Shown: positions 1 to 7,852 of the stretch, in pieces
How the letters are laid out: each line of letters starts with the position of its first letter
How positions within the stretch are numbered: position 1 is the first letter of the stretch
Assembly: GCA_045046875.1 (NCBI GenBank)
Contig: JASFYY010000043.1
Location: forward strand, 1-45,927
Source: Verrucomicrobiota bacterium
GTDB taxonomy: Bacteria; Verrucomicrobiota; Verrucomicrobiia; Verrucomicrobiales; DEV007
Length of the DNA: 45,927 nt
Reading direction: 5' to 3'
Made by a program: the position numbers and the translations under genes
Notes under the pieces: model-generated
What the model saw: only the letters and a program-made list of their open reading frames with translations
Databases searched by the model: none
Told to the model about the DNA's origin: nothing

Positions 1-100
1 CAAGCCGCCACCCACCTGCAGTTATGATTCACTTTAATTTCAACCATCAACCGAGGAAGCAACGCTCACTCCCAGCGGCTGGCTAGCCTCCACGTTCGGC
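1..100 (+). repeat. attC-like site (partial, left end outside window)
   Basis: Ends in CAC-GTTCGGC (G94). Central segment resembles the sites at 424, 1638 and 2383. Confidence 0.8.
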
Positions 101-105
101 ATAAA

Positions 106-411
106 ATGATGCGTCGATTGGCTCTGCTAAATTTGGGAATACTTGCTCTATTGATCGCATGTTGGTGTGTAGGTGACTACATTGGTGTTAAAGACCCAGA
201 CTACCCAAAATATATTCACCAATACGATTGGACGGTTTGGCCTGCGCTGATTTTTACGTTTTTGGCAAACATCGCGATAACATATAAACTAAAGATGAAT
301 ATGAGTTTCCCTCTCAGCGTGGCTATGACCCTGGCGGTATCTCTGGCGGTAATAATTTTCCTATTAACATTTGGAATGTGGTTTCACTTCGCGATAGGCG
401 GGCAGCATTAA
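106..411 (+). CDS. Cassette 1: hypothetical membrane protein (~3 TM)
   Basis: ORF fills the space between GTTCGGC (94-100) and GCCGAAC (424-430); hydrophobic segments. Confidence 0.8.
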   Translation: MMRRLALLNLGILALLIACWCVGDYIGVKDPDYPKYIHQYDWTVWPALIFTFLANIAITYKLKMNMSFPLSVAMTLAVSLAVIIFLLTFGMWFHFAIGGQH

Positions 412-423
412 TCCATGCCACTC

Positions 424-550
424 GCCGAACAAAACGCAGCAGAGCAACCCGCTAGCCGCCCCGCAGTTAAGAATAAATGAAAACTTTAACCATTAACCTC
501 TTCGTCAACACTCGCCCCCGCTAGCGGGTTGCCTGTGCTCGACGTTGTGC
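424..550 (+). repeat. attC-like site 1
   Basis: R'' GCCGAAC, 5-nt spacer, left arm 436-456 pairs with right arm 520-538 except extra bases G439 and A443; R' G544|TTGTGC. Confidence 0.92.
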
Positions 551-577
551 CACAAAATACCGAGATCTGGTCATACG

Positions 578-606
578 TTGACATTACGAGATTGATCGAT
601 TACTTC
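578..606 (+). promoter_or_regulatory. Putative sigma70 promoter of the TA cassette
   Basis: Perfect TTGACA at 578-583; the -10 at 17 bp (TACTTC) is weak. Confidence 0.4.
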
Positions 607-611
607 TTATT

Positions 612-821
612 ATGCCGTTGACGTCCATAGCTGCTCATTTTGATGGTGAGCAAGTTCGCTTTGATGAATCTGTTAACATTCGTCCGAACACTCGACTCCT
701 TGTTACTATTTTGGAAGAGGGTGATCCTGACCGTGAAGATTTTCTTGCTCTCGCTGCTACTGCATTTGCAGATTCATATGGCGACGGAGAAGTGGAGTAT
801 ACCGAAGCCGACCTGAAGTGA
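612..821 (+). CDS. Cassette 2: putative type II antitoxin
   Basis: 69 aa, beta-rich N-terminus, acidic C-terminus; stop overlaps the toxin start (GTGATG). Confidence 0.75.
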   Translation: MPLTSIAAHFDGEQVRFDESVNIRPNTRLLVTILEEGDPDREDFLALAATAFADSYGDGEVEYTEADLK

Positions 822-1183
822 TGAAGCCCGGTAGCCTCATCCTTGCGCGACTACAGCAATCGGACGGGCGCATTAAAAGTCGGCCAGCGCTTATTGTGTC
901 AGTGATGCCGCCGTTTGACGATTTTTTGATTGTCGGCATTAGCTCACAACTTCGGCATGAAGTAGAGGGTTTCGACGAGCTTATTTCCGATTCTGAGACT
1001 GATTTCGTCGATAGCGGCCTGAAGACTGCATCATTAATTCGTGTTGGTATGGTGACGACGATACCGGTGAAGGCGGCGATGGGAGAGCTAGGGGCGATTT
1101 CCATGGGTCGGCTCGCTCGCATACGGAATAATCTTGCAGATCATATCAATGCAGAACAAGCCGATGATGGTGGGCGCGAATAA
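818..1183 (+). CDS. Cassette 2: PemK/MazF-family toxin
   Basis: Motifs G.LILA..., KSRPALIVS, IVGISS, GLKTASLIR, LGAIS. Start 818 (GTG) or 821 (ATG). C-terminus reads into the attC. Confidence 0.85.
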   Translation: MMKPGSLILARLQQSDGRIKSRPALIVSVMPPFDDFLIVGISSQLRHEVEGFDELISDSETDFVDSGLKTASLIRVGMVTTIPVKAAMGELGAISMGRLARIRNNLADHINAEQADDGGRE

Positions 1184-1246
1184 AGCTACTTGTTCGCTTC
1201 GCTATATGACATTGACTCCGAGCCAGTATATCAGTTAACGTTCTGT
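1151..1246 (+). repeat. attC-like site 2 (shorter, different family)
   Basis: GCAGAAC at 1151-1157 (6/7 complement of GTTGTGC); ends AAC-G1240|TTCTGT; imperfect arms. Confidence 0.7.
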
Positions 1247-1252
1247 GTAAAA

Positions 1253-1693
1253 TTGAAACCCTTCACACAATATTGGAAGCTGACTTTGGGCGTATGCTTG
1301 GCAATTACTACTGCAGCGTTGATTGTCGACATCCGCATTCGTTCTGATGATCCTGATTCAATGCCGGATGGATTATACTGGGGTATTTCTGGAATTATAT
1401 TTGCGGTCTGCTTCTGCTGGCAACTCGGATGGCATGACACATTAGTGCGTTGGGGATACCTCTCTAAGTGGGTGAGCATCGTCTTGGGTTGTTTTGCATA
1501 CCCTGGGCTAGCGGCAATGCTGATATCGCTTTTTCAGTTAATAAGTCCAGAGAAGGCAATTTTATTTATGGACGTATCTGTCAACTTCGGATTAGGTTGT
1601 GGCACGATTTGGGCTTTGCGGAGGCATAATAGCCAAGTCCGCACAAAACGTGGATGCGAACAGGCTACCCGCCCCGCAGTTACGAATAAATGA
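1253..1693 (+). CDS. Cassette 3: hypothetical membrane protein (~4 TM)
   Basis: In-frame TTG at 1253 just after the core at 1240; the track start (1190) lies inside attC2. The ORF ends inside attC3. Confidence 0.7.
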   Translation: MKPFTQYWKLTLGVCLAITTAALIVDIRIRSDDPDSMPDGLYWGISGIIFAVCFCWQLGWHDTLVRWGYLSKWVSIVLGCFAYPGLAAMLISLFQLISPEKAILFMDVSVNFGLGCGTIWALRRHNSQVRTKRGCEQATRPAVTNK

Positions 1694-1763
1694 AAACTTT
1701 AATCCTCAACTTGAACACGGAAGCTCGCTGTCAGTAGCGGGTTGCCTGTGCTCTACGTTGGGC
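1638..1763 (+). repeat. attC-like site 3 (degenerate/chimeric left arm)
   Basis: Shares CGCCCCGCAGTTA.GAATAAATGAAAACTTTAA and TAGCGGGTTGCCTGTGCTC.ACGTTG.GC with site 1. R'' reads TCCGCAC. Confidence 0.8.
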
Positions 1764-1779
1764 TAAACAAAATACACAA

Positions 1780-2346
1780 GTGGGTCTCGATACAATGATG
1801 ATGCAAGGGAAGCTAAATAGAATAATTTCAGGACAGCTTGTTTTATGGTTATTCGGCATAACGAATTGCGTATACTTGGCCATTATTTTCTACTCCATTC
1901 CAGCTGTCCTAGAGCAGGCGCCGGAAATGAAGTTGTTCGACATGTCTCCCGGTGGCTATTCTTATGAATATGCAACGCAGTTGCTTGAGGCCATTGGACC
2001 TGAAGGTAGAGAGAAGTATCTGATGCTTCAATTGCCAATTGATTTCATTTATCCCGGACTATTCGCAGTAACATACACCCTAATGTTAATCTGGGTTTTC
2101 AGTAAGAGCTTTAATGCTGAGTCAAAAATATTTATAATGGCTTTGGTTCCTGCAGCAGCAGGATTGCTCGATTATATGGAAAACATAGGTATCGTGATGA
2201 TGATCAAATCTTATCCGAACCTGAGTTCAGGGTTGGTTCAGTTTACAAGTACATTTTCAATCCTAAAGAGTATCATGACGATCGCATCCTACATTTTACT
2301 TACTTATGGCTTATTATTATTGGCAGTAAAGAGAAAGCATAGATAG
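1780..2346 (+). CDS. Cassette 4: hypothetical membrane protein
   Basis: AT-rich 188-aa ORF, 4 hydrophobic segments, LLDYMEN motif; alternative ATG starts from 1795. Confidence 0.85.
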   Translation: MGLDTMMMQGKLNRIISGQLVLWLFGITNCVYLAIIFYSIPAVLEQAPEMKLFDMSPGGYSYEYATQLLEAIGPEGREKYLMLQLPIDFIYPGLFAVTYTLMLIWVFSKSFNAESKIFIMALVPAAAGLLDYMENIGIVMMIKSYPNLSSGLVQFTSTFSILKSIMTIASYILLTYGLLLLAVKRKHR

Positions 2347-2382
2347 AGGGTCGAAAATATATTTAGCGCGCTGCATTCCGAA

Positions 2383-2508
2383 GCCCAACAAAACGCTCCA
2401 TGCCAAGCACTGAGCTGCCCCGCTGTTAAGAAGCCAAATGAACTTAACCATCAACTCTTTCGTCAACGTTCGCCGTCAGCTCAGTGCTGGGTGAGCTCGA
2501 CGTTCCAC
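2383..2508 (+). repeat. attC-like site 4
   Basis: R'' GCCCAAC is the exact complement of GTTGGGC (1757-1763). Arms AGCACTGAGCTG/CAGCTCAGTGCT are perfect. R' G2502|TTCCAC. Confidence 0.92.
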
Positions 2509-2526
2509 AAATAAATCTAACAACTA

Positions 2527-3087
2527 ATGAAGGCTCTATATTTACTTCTATTTCTAACGACCTTCACAGTATGTAGTCAGGCGGCACCCGCGCACAGTAG
2601 CAAAGTTGTATCGTCCGCAGATATACTGAAATTGAGTCAAGAGTTGATAGGACAAAAACGCTGGGAGGATGCAAAAAAACAGTTGGGTGCGCTTAATAAA
2701 CGTAGAAAGGGAGTGAGTAGATTAGAACGAGCGGAGCTCAATTTTAATTATGGACTTTGTCTAGAAAAACTTGGCAAAACCGATGATGCGCTCAAGACCT
2801 ATATTAGCTTGATTGCTGTCTACGGATCTTATGTAACATGGTCGAGTCAGGCTTTGGAGCGCGGATTCAATTTGTCTTATCAGAAAACGGAGCTCGAGAA
2901 GAAAATTAACGCTTACAAATACCTTAGAAAAATTTTGTATATGTTCCAGAAATTTCAAGAGACAGATGATCCATCGGGTGCGTTGAGTCGAATACGCAAA
3001 AGATTGCCTGAGGTCGCTAAAGAATTAAAACTCACAACAGAACAGCAACGGGATATTGATATTAGCTTGGGCATCATTGAGGAATAA
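2527..3087 (+). CDS. Cassette 5: secreted TPR-like protein
   Basis: Signal peptide (..CSQA); TPR-like AELNFNYGLCLEKLGKTDDALKTY. Confidence 0.8.
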   Translation: MKALYLLLFLTTFTVCSQAAPAHSSKVVSSADILKLSQELIGQKRWEDAKKQLGALNKRRKGVSRLERAELNFNYGLCLEKLGKTDDALKTYISLIAVYGSYVTWSSQALERGFNLSYQKTELEKKINAYKYLRKILYMFQKFQETDDPSGALSRIRKRLPEVAKELKLTTEQQRDIDISLGIIEE

Positions 3088-3088
3088 C

Positions 3089-3220
3089 ACCGAACAAACG
3101 AGAGCAGGTAATTCCTTCCCGATTATTAGTTCTCTTGCTTTCTGGCTTCGATCACATCACAATTTTGTTCAAAAGCGACGGGGCTTCGTTCTAGGAATCA
3201 CCTAGATCTTGACGTTCTGC
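3089..3220 (+). repeat. attC-like site 5
   Basis: ACCGAAC right after the stop codon; arms AGGTAATTCCT/AGGAATCACCT; R' GAC-G3214|TTCTGC. Confidence 0.8.
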
Positions 3221-3228
3221 CTAAGAAA

Positions 3229-3873
3229 ATGATTACACGTAGCATAATAATATTTCTCGTTTTGCTGTCTTTTAATGCCTGGGCTGAAGAAAAAGAGGTT
3301 AAACGACCTTTTTGTAAGACGGTTGATGAGGCTGCTAAGTGGGTTCTTGGGGAGGTGCCTGAAAAGACAACAATGCAGGTGGCTCGAACTCCAAAGGTGG
3401 GTCTTGGCTATCTGCATTTTGGACTTGGAATGTGGATTAGAAATAATGTCCCTGTATGGGGAAACCGAAAGCTCATGGAAAGTGTTGGCAAGGGAATCCA
3501 TCCTGATAATGTGGGAGGAATGATACTAGTGAAATACTGGCAGTTATCCCGAGGAGAACTGCCTGAGCAGGAACGCAAGCGGATAGAGTATTTTGAGATG
3601 TCAGTAGAAAAAATTTGGGGAACTAAACCAAGAAAGAGGACGCATCAGGGGGTAATAGACGAGCTAAACAAGCAGATTCAGAAATCCTGGCCTAAGGACG
3701 CGCCATATCAGCCATTCACATTGATGGCTGATATGGAAACAGAATTTAACTGGGAGCCAAAAAATATGTCCTCAAATCTGAAGGAGAATATTGAAATGTT
3801 TTTGACCTCGCGTGGTTCGCTCCCATTCTACGAAGAAAGTAATTTGCGAGTGGGTAAACGTGATGCTGAGTAA
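3229..3873 (+). CDS. Cassette 6: secreted hypothetical protein (resembles DUF6794)
   Basis: Signal peptide (..NAWA); HFGLGMWIRNN..W..HPD motif, recalled from DUF6794 and unverified. Confidence 0.75.
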   Translation: MITRSIIIFLVLLSFNAWAEEKEVKRPFCKTVDEAAKWVLGEVPEKTTMQVARTPKVGLGYLHFGLGMWIRNNVPVWGNRKLMESVGKGIHPDNVGGMILVKYWQLSRGELPEQERKRIEYFEMSVEKIWGTKPRKRTHQGVIDELNKQIQKSWPKDAPYQPFTLMADMETEFNWEPKNMSSNLKENIEMFLTSRGSLPFYEESNLRVGKRDAE

Positions 3874-3906
3874 GAAGCAGAACAGCAAGCGGAGGAAGGG
3901 GGCGGG

Positions 3907-4191
3907 ATAAAAAAGTTAGCCATTGGCTATTGAAAGCTAGCTTATCACTCCTCAACATCATTTCGCCCTTTTAGGGCTGGCAATAAAATCGATTTAACCC
4001 CAGCGCTTCGCACCGGGCTATCACATTTTGTCCTTACAGGACAGTATGCTTTCATCTCTTTTGCACCAACGGCGCTCAATGATATAGCACAGAGCTCTTT
4101 TGCGCCAATGGTGCTCAATGAGATAGCCCAGTGCGAAGCACTGGGTAAAAAACCCAATTCTCCCAGCCCTGCAAAGGGCTAAATGCATAGC
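3907..4191. repeat. Composite REP/REPIN-like palindromic element, copy 1
   Basis: Nested hairpins GCCCTTTTAGGGC, CCCAGCGCTTCGCACCGGGCTA, TGTCCTTACAGGACA, TAGCCCAGTGCGAAGCACTGGG, GCCCTGCAAAGGGC in an overall inverted arrangement; inverted homologue at 36912-37203. Confidence 0.9.
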
Positions 4192-4252
4192 GAGGTCAGC
4201 AGCTTAACTATTTTGTCTTACACCCGTGGAGGAAACGTGATGGCCGCTAACC

Positions 4253-4282
4253 TTGACTCTGCGAAGCCATTAGTAATATGAT
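4253..4282 (+). promoter_or_regulatory. Putative sigma70 promoter
   Basis: TTGACT-N18-TATGAT upstream of the ORF at 4334. Confidence 0.45.
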
Positions 4283-4333
4283 GCCCGGGAGGCACGTTGT
4301 CTCACCATTGAAAGTTGTTATTAATATCGAATC

Positions 4334-5186
4334 ATGAAGCGCTACAGAGTAATCGCGACCGTTTGGCTTGTAGCCTTGGCACAGGTGGGATCCTGTTATG
4401 GAGAAGATCAATCCGGGCAAATTCGCAACTTCCCTATTCGCACGATCGAGAATCTCGGACAGGATTTGTTCAAGCGGGATGCTCTCGCCGCTGCAGCCTT
4501 CGACCTACTGTTTGAGGTGCACCCTGAGGCCAAGGAACAAAGCCTAGGAGGCTGGATTACCCGGATCGGGAAAAAAGGCTCTCGGGTATATCTGTTGAAG
4601 AGGAAGTCTGAAGAGACACGGCAAGCATATGTCGCCGTGTTTGAGAAGAACCAGAAACCAAGGATTGAACTTCACCTAGATGAACCGCTTCCAAAGGAGA
4701 TTGCACGACGCTTCAGGGCGAGAACTGCTGCCATTCGTGCATTGCCGGGATTCTATGATCGGCCGTACAACTTTGAAGTCCTCAACGATCCTGATGGGAA
4801 AGGGTTCATTGTCTATTCTCTAGTCTCCGCCAAGAACGCGAACGAAGTTGTGGTCGGGGGACACTCCCGCGTGACAGTTTCGGAAGACGCAGGAACGATT
4901 GAGGCAGTTGACGCTCTTTCAGAAAGCCTTCTATCTAGTACTGGATCAGAACCCCGAAGAGATCGGTGGCACCGTTGAGGCTGCTGTTGTGTCTCACATA
5001 GTGAGCAGTACTCCGGTTGAAACGCACGTGTTCCTCTCACTCTTACACCGTCGATCATTCTATGTCGTCACACCAGACAAGATCATCTGGAAGGTCGAAA
5101 ACGGAAAGATCATGAAGACCGACATGAAGGCAGAAGACGGCGCTGACGAACCTGCTACCGCTGGGGAATCGAAGTCTGAGAGGTAA
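4334..5186 (+). pseudogene. Cassette 7: secreted hypothetical protein, frameshifted
   Basis: TCTA is duplicated at 4930-4937; removing 4 bp joins ORFs 4334..4978 and 4899..5186 (..ESLL-VLDQNPEE..) into one 282-aa frame. Confidence 0.8.
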
Positions 5187-5251
5187 AAGGAGCCTAAAGA
5201 ATAACTGGAGGCGCACTCCCCGTGGCGGGCGGCAGGCCACGGACGTTGTTA
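5130..5251 (+). repeat. Decayed attC-like site closing the array
   Basis: GCAGAAGACGG (AAC lost) ... CCTGCTAC / GTGGCGGG arms ... GAC-G5245|TTGTTA. Confidence 0.65.
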
Positions 5252-5293
5252 TAGCTGGATTTTAGTGAAGTGGAGGAACAGTAACCAAGCCGG

Positions 5294-6160
5294 TTACTCC
5301 GCTCCACCTTCCCCCAGTGCGATCAGTTGGGTGACCGTCACGAATTTGTAGCCTTTGGCCAAAAGCCGGTCGAGGGCGTTGGGCATGGCGGTGATGGTGG
5401 GGGCGTGAATGTCATGAGCGAGGATGATCGAGCCTTTGTTGGTCGCCGAGACGATGCGGTTGGCCACCACTTGCGAGCCAGGGCGTTTCCAATCCTGAGG
5501 ATCCACCGCCCACATGATGGAGGGGTAGCCGAATTCTTGTTTGATTCGTGTGCGTAAGCCGCTGTTGGTGGCTCCGTATGGAGGGCGCATGGTTTTGGGA
5601 GCCACTCCGGTGGCCTGGACAATCGCCCGGTGGGTGAAGCCCATTTCATTGCGCACGCCTTCAGCTGAAAGTTTGGTGAGGTAGGCGTGGGTCTTGGTGT
5701 GATTGCCGATCTCGTGCCCTTCGGCGATCATGCGGCGAAGGATATGCGGGTAGGAGGTGGCGTTGGTGCCGACCACATAAAAAGTGGCTTTGATGTTACG
5801 CGCTTTGAGGATGTCCAACAATCGCGGGGTATTGACCGGGTGGGGGCCGTCATCAAAAGTCATCGCGACATAAGGCTCGCTGACACTGACGCGTGAATAG
5901 GAGAGGCTGTTGCCGGTGCCGCCACGCGGTGCATTGACGGAAGGATTCCAGCCACGATCAACGGACTGGTAGGCGGCGCTGCTAGAGGATCCTTTTTTGC
6001 TGCTCTTTTTACTTCCTTGGCCAGCGACGTAGACTTCATCGCGTTTATCAATCGCTAATTCCTCCGGTGTTTTGCAGGAAGGCAATAATAAGGCCGCTGC
6101 TAAAAGGATTGAACCGCTCAGAAACAGGCGGCTGCGATGGCTGGAATGGGAAGTGTTCAC
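5294..6160 (-). CDS. Polysaccharide (peptidoglycan) deacetylase, NodB/CE4 family lipoprotein
   Basis: TFDDGP, GHEIGNHT..H, RPPYG, D..DW, IILAHD; lipobox LPSC. Probable GTG start at 6160; the longer track ORF overlaps mtnP. Confidence 0.92.
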   Translation of the reverse strand: MNTSHSSHRSRLFLSGSILLAAALLLPSCKTPEELAIDKRDEVYVAGQGSKKSSKKGSSSSAAYQSVDRGWNPSVNAPRGGTGNSLSYSRVSVSEPYVAMTFDDGPHPVNTPRLLDILKARNIKATFYVVGTNATSYPHILRRMIAEGHEIGNHTKTHAYLTKLSAEGVRNEMGFTHRAIVQATGVAPKTMRPPYGATNSGLRTRIKQEFGYPSIMWAVDPQDWKRPGSQVVANRIVSATNKGSIILAHDIHAPTITAMPNALDRLLAKGYKFVTVTQLIALGEGGAE

Positions 6161-6282
6161 TAGTATAAGGGTGAAAGGTCTGGAGTAGGGGGAGTCAATA
6201 AAGGCAATGCTGCGCAATATGGCGTGTAATGTAGATGATATTACTCGAACGGCAAGTGCCGCTTCAGCAGCAATGCTGGATT

Positions 6283-7179
6283 TTAATCCGCGGGTGAAAA
6301 ACGCTCGAGGATCGGTGCCAGCCGTTGATAGCTTTCTTGCGGCCAAAGTTCGCGGCCGGTGAACAGGGCAGTGTCCAAGCAGCGGTGTTCCGGCCAGTCG
6401 GGGGTTTCGGGAATCTGCGCAATAGCCGCTGCGATGATCTTTTTCGCACTGATGGCGTTGGCCTGCAGGTGTTCCACCACGGCATGGGCGTTGACCGCTT
6501 CTTCTTCGACTTTCCAGCAGTCGTAGTCGGTGATCATCGCCAAGGTGGCAAGTGCGATTTCTGCTTCCCGGGCGAGCTTGGCTTCGGCCAGGTTGGTCAT
6601 GCCGATCACATCAAAGCCCAGCTTGCGGTTGGTTTCCGACTCCGCCCGGGTGGAAAAGGCGGGGCCGTCCATGTTGACGTAGGTGCCGCCATTGTGGATG
6701 GTCAGGCCTTGCTTTTGTCCACAGTCGGCGAGGATTTGACGCAAGCCGTCTGAGATCGGGTCGCTGAAAGCAATATGGGCGACAATACCCTTGCCAAAAA
6801 AAGTGTGATCCCGTCGTTGGCTGGTGCGGTCAAAAAACTGGTCGGGCAATACGATGTCGCGCGGTTGGTATTCTTCCTGCAAGCTGCCGACCGCAGTGAC
6901 ACAAATGATCCACCGCACATTCAACGAGCGCAACGCCCAAATATTGGCCCGGTGATTCAATTCCGTTGGCAATAGTTTGTGCCCACGGGCATGGCGTGGC
7001 AAAAAATAGACGCGGCGGCCAGCGAAGTCGCCGCCAATCACTGCGTCGGAAGGCGGGCCAAAGGGGGTGTCGACGGTGATTTCTTCGGTGTTTTCAAAAC
7101 CGTCGATTTCGTAAAGACCGGAACCTCCTATGATGCCGATGGCGGGAGCCGCCGATTTGGTGTGATTTGAAACTGACAT
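6283..7179 (-). CDS. mtnP: S-methyl-5'-thioadenosine phosphorylase
   Basis: IGIIGGSGLY, TPFGPPSD, LPRH..GH, GP.FSTRAES, IGMT, TDYDCW. Confidence 0.93.
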   Translation of the reverse strand: MSVSNHTKSAAPAIGIIGGSGLYEIDGFENTEEITVDTPFGPPSDAVIGGDFAGRRVYFLPRHARGHKLLPTELNHRANIWALRSLNVRWIICVTAVGSLQEEYQPRDIVLPDQFFDRTSQRRDHTFFGKGIVAHIAFSDPISDGLRQILADCGQKQGLTIHNGGTYVNMDGPAFSTRAESETNRKLGFDVIGMTNLAEAKLAREAEIALATLAMITDYDCWKVEEEAVNAHAVVEHLQANAISAKKIIAAAIAQIPETPDWPEHRCLDTALFTGRELWPQESYQRLAPILERFSPAD

Positions 7180-7323
7180 GGGACAGTCAGTTTAACCAAT
7201 AATTGAAAAATTAAAACCGTAGAGGCAAAAGTTCGCGGAGAATAGGCAGGAAATGGGGGATAGGGGGTGGAAAATCAGAGCAGCATGTCGCTCCTCTGAT
7301 TTTAACCGGGCTTGAGTTGAAAA

Positions 7324-7713
7324 TCAGTCGTGATGAATTTTCACTACTTTGTGAATTTTGGCTGAATGCCCGTCGATGGATATGGTCATCCATCGATCTG
7401 TATTGTTGGCTATGCTGACGTGGGCTTTGGCGTGAATATGGCTGGCCAGTTGAGGCAGGGGCTGATGCAGGTAAATAAAATAGTTGTGGTGGCCATGGAC
7501 GACTTTGGCTTTGTAAACATGGCCGCCGTGGCCGTCTTCACCCGCTTCGCCGTAGTAAGCGTGGATCGTCACTTCGGTGGTGTGGGTATGGGTGTCATTG
7601 GCGCGGGAAATTCCGGGGAACAATAACAAGCTGGCAACAAGAGCTGTGTAAAAGCTCATCAGGGTCAAGTTTGACGCGTATTTTTTAGTTTGGGGAGATG
7701 TCATGGTTTTCAT
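7324..7713 (-). CDS. Secreted His-rich hypothetical protein
   Basis: Hydrophobic leader ending ISRA; many His in a beta-strand-like mature part. Confidence 0.65.
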   Translation of the reverse strand: MKTMTSPQTKKYASNLTLMSFYTALVASLLLFPGISRANDTHTHTTEVTIHAYYGEAGEDGHGGHVYKAKVVHGHHNYFIYLHQPLPQLASHIHAKAHVSIANNTDRWMTISIDGHSAKIHKVVKIHHD

Positions 7714-7786
7714 TAAAGCTTATTTTGTTTTTATTAACGGGTCTGCCAAGAGTTTGTGGTAAAAATTAAGTCATTGGGCGCAACTA

Positions 7787-7833
7787 CTGGCTGCCATATC
7801 GAAGTGAGCAGGTCTCTTCAATATGGCAACCAG
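7787..7833 (-). terminator. 18-bp RNA hairpin between the two His-rich genes (terminator or stabiliser)
   Basis: Minus-strand CUGGUUGCCAUAUUGAAG pairs fully with CUUCGAUAUGGCAGCCAG using two G-U pairs; no immediate U-tract. Confidence 0.55.
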
Positions 7834-7852
7834 CGAAGTTTGATTTTTGATA

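Larger units (their letters stand above)
1..5251 (+). mobile_element. Integron-type gene cassette array, distal end (integrase not in window)
   Basis: Seven short co-oriented ORF units, each starting just after an ACG|TT core and ending at an xxxxAAC site plus long hairpin. The 5' core and 3' R'' site are exact reverse complements in cassettes 1, 4 and 6. Confidence 0.9.

Noticed and set aside
1190..1252. Track start of the cassette 3 ORF
   Set aside because: Lies inside attC2, upstream of the recombination point at G1240.
3945..4157. ORFs 3945..4157 and 36898..37152 as a small-protein family
   Set aside because: They are translations of the palindromic repeat; starts and ends are not conserved.
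1..5251. Repeats as a CRISPR array
   Set aside because: Repeats are ~95-125 bp, divergent and separated by whole genes; no cas genes.
6161..6346. N-terminal extensions of track ORFs (also panC 31492, nadB 32477, CPBP 15272, SPFH 35369)
   Set aside because: They overlap neighbours or repeats; family motifs or signal peptides begin at downstream starts.
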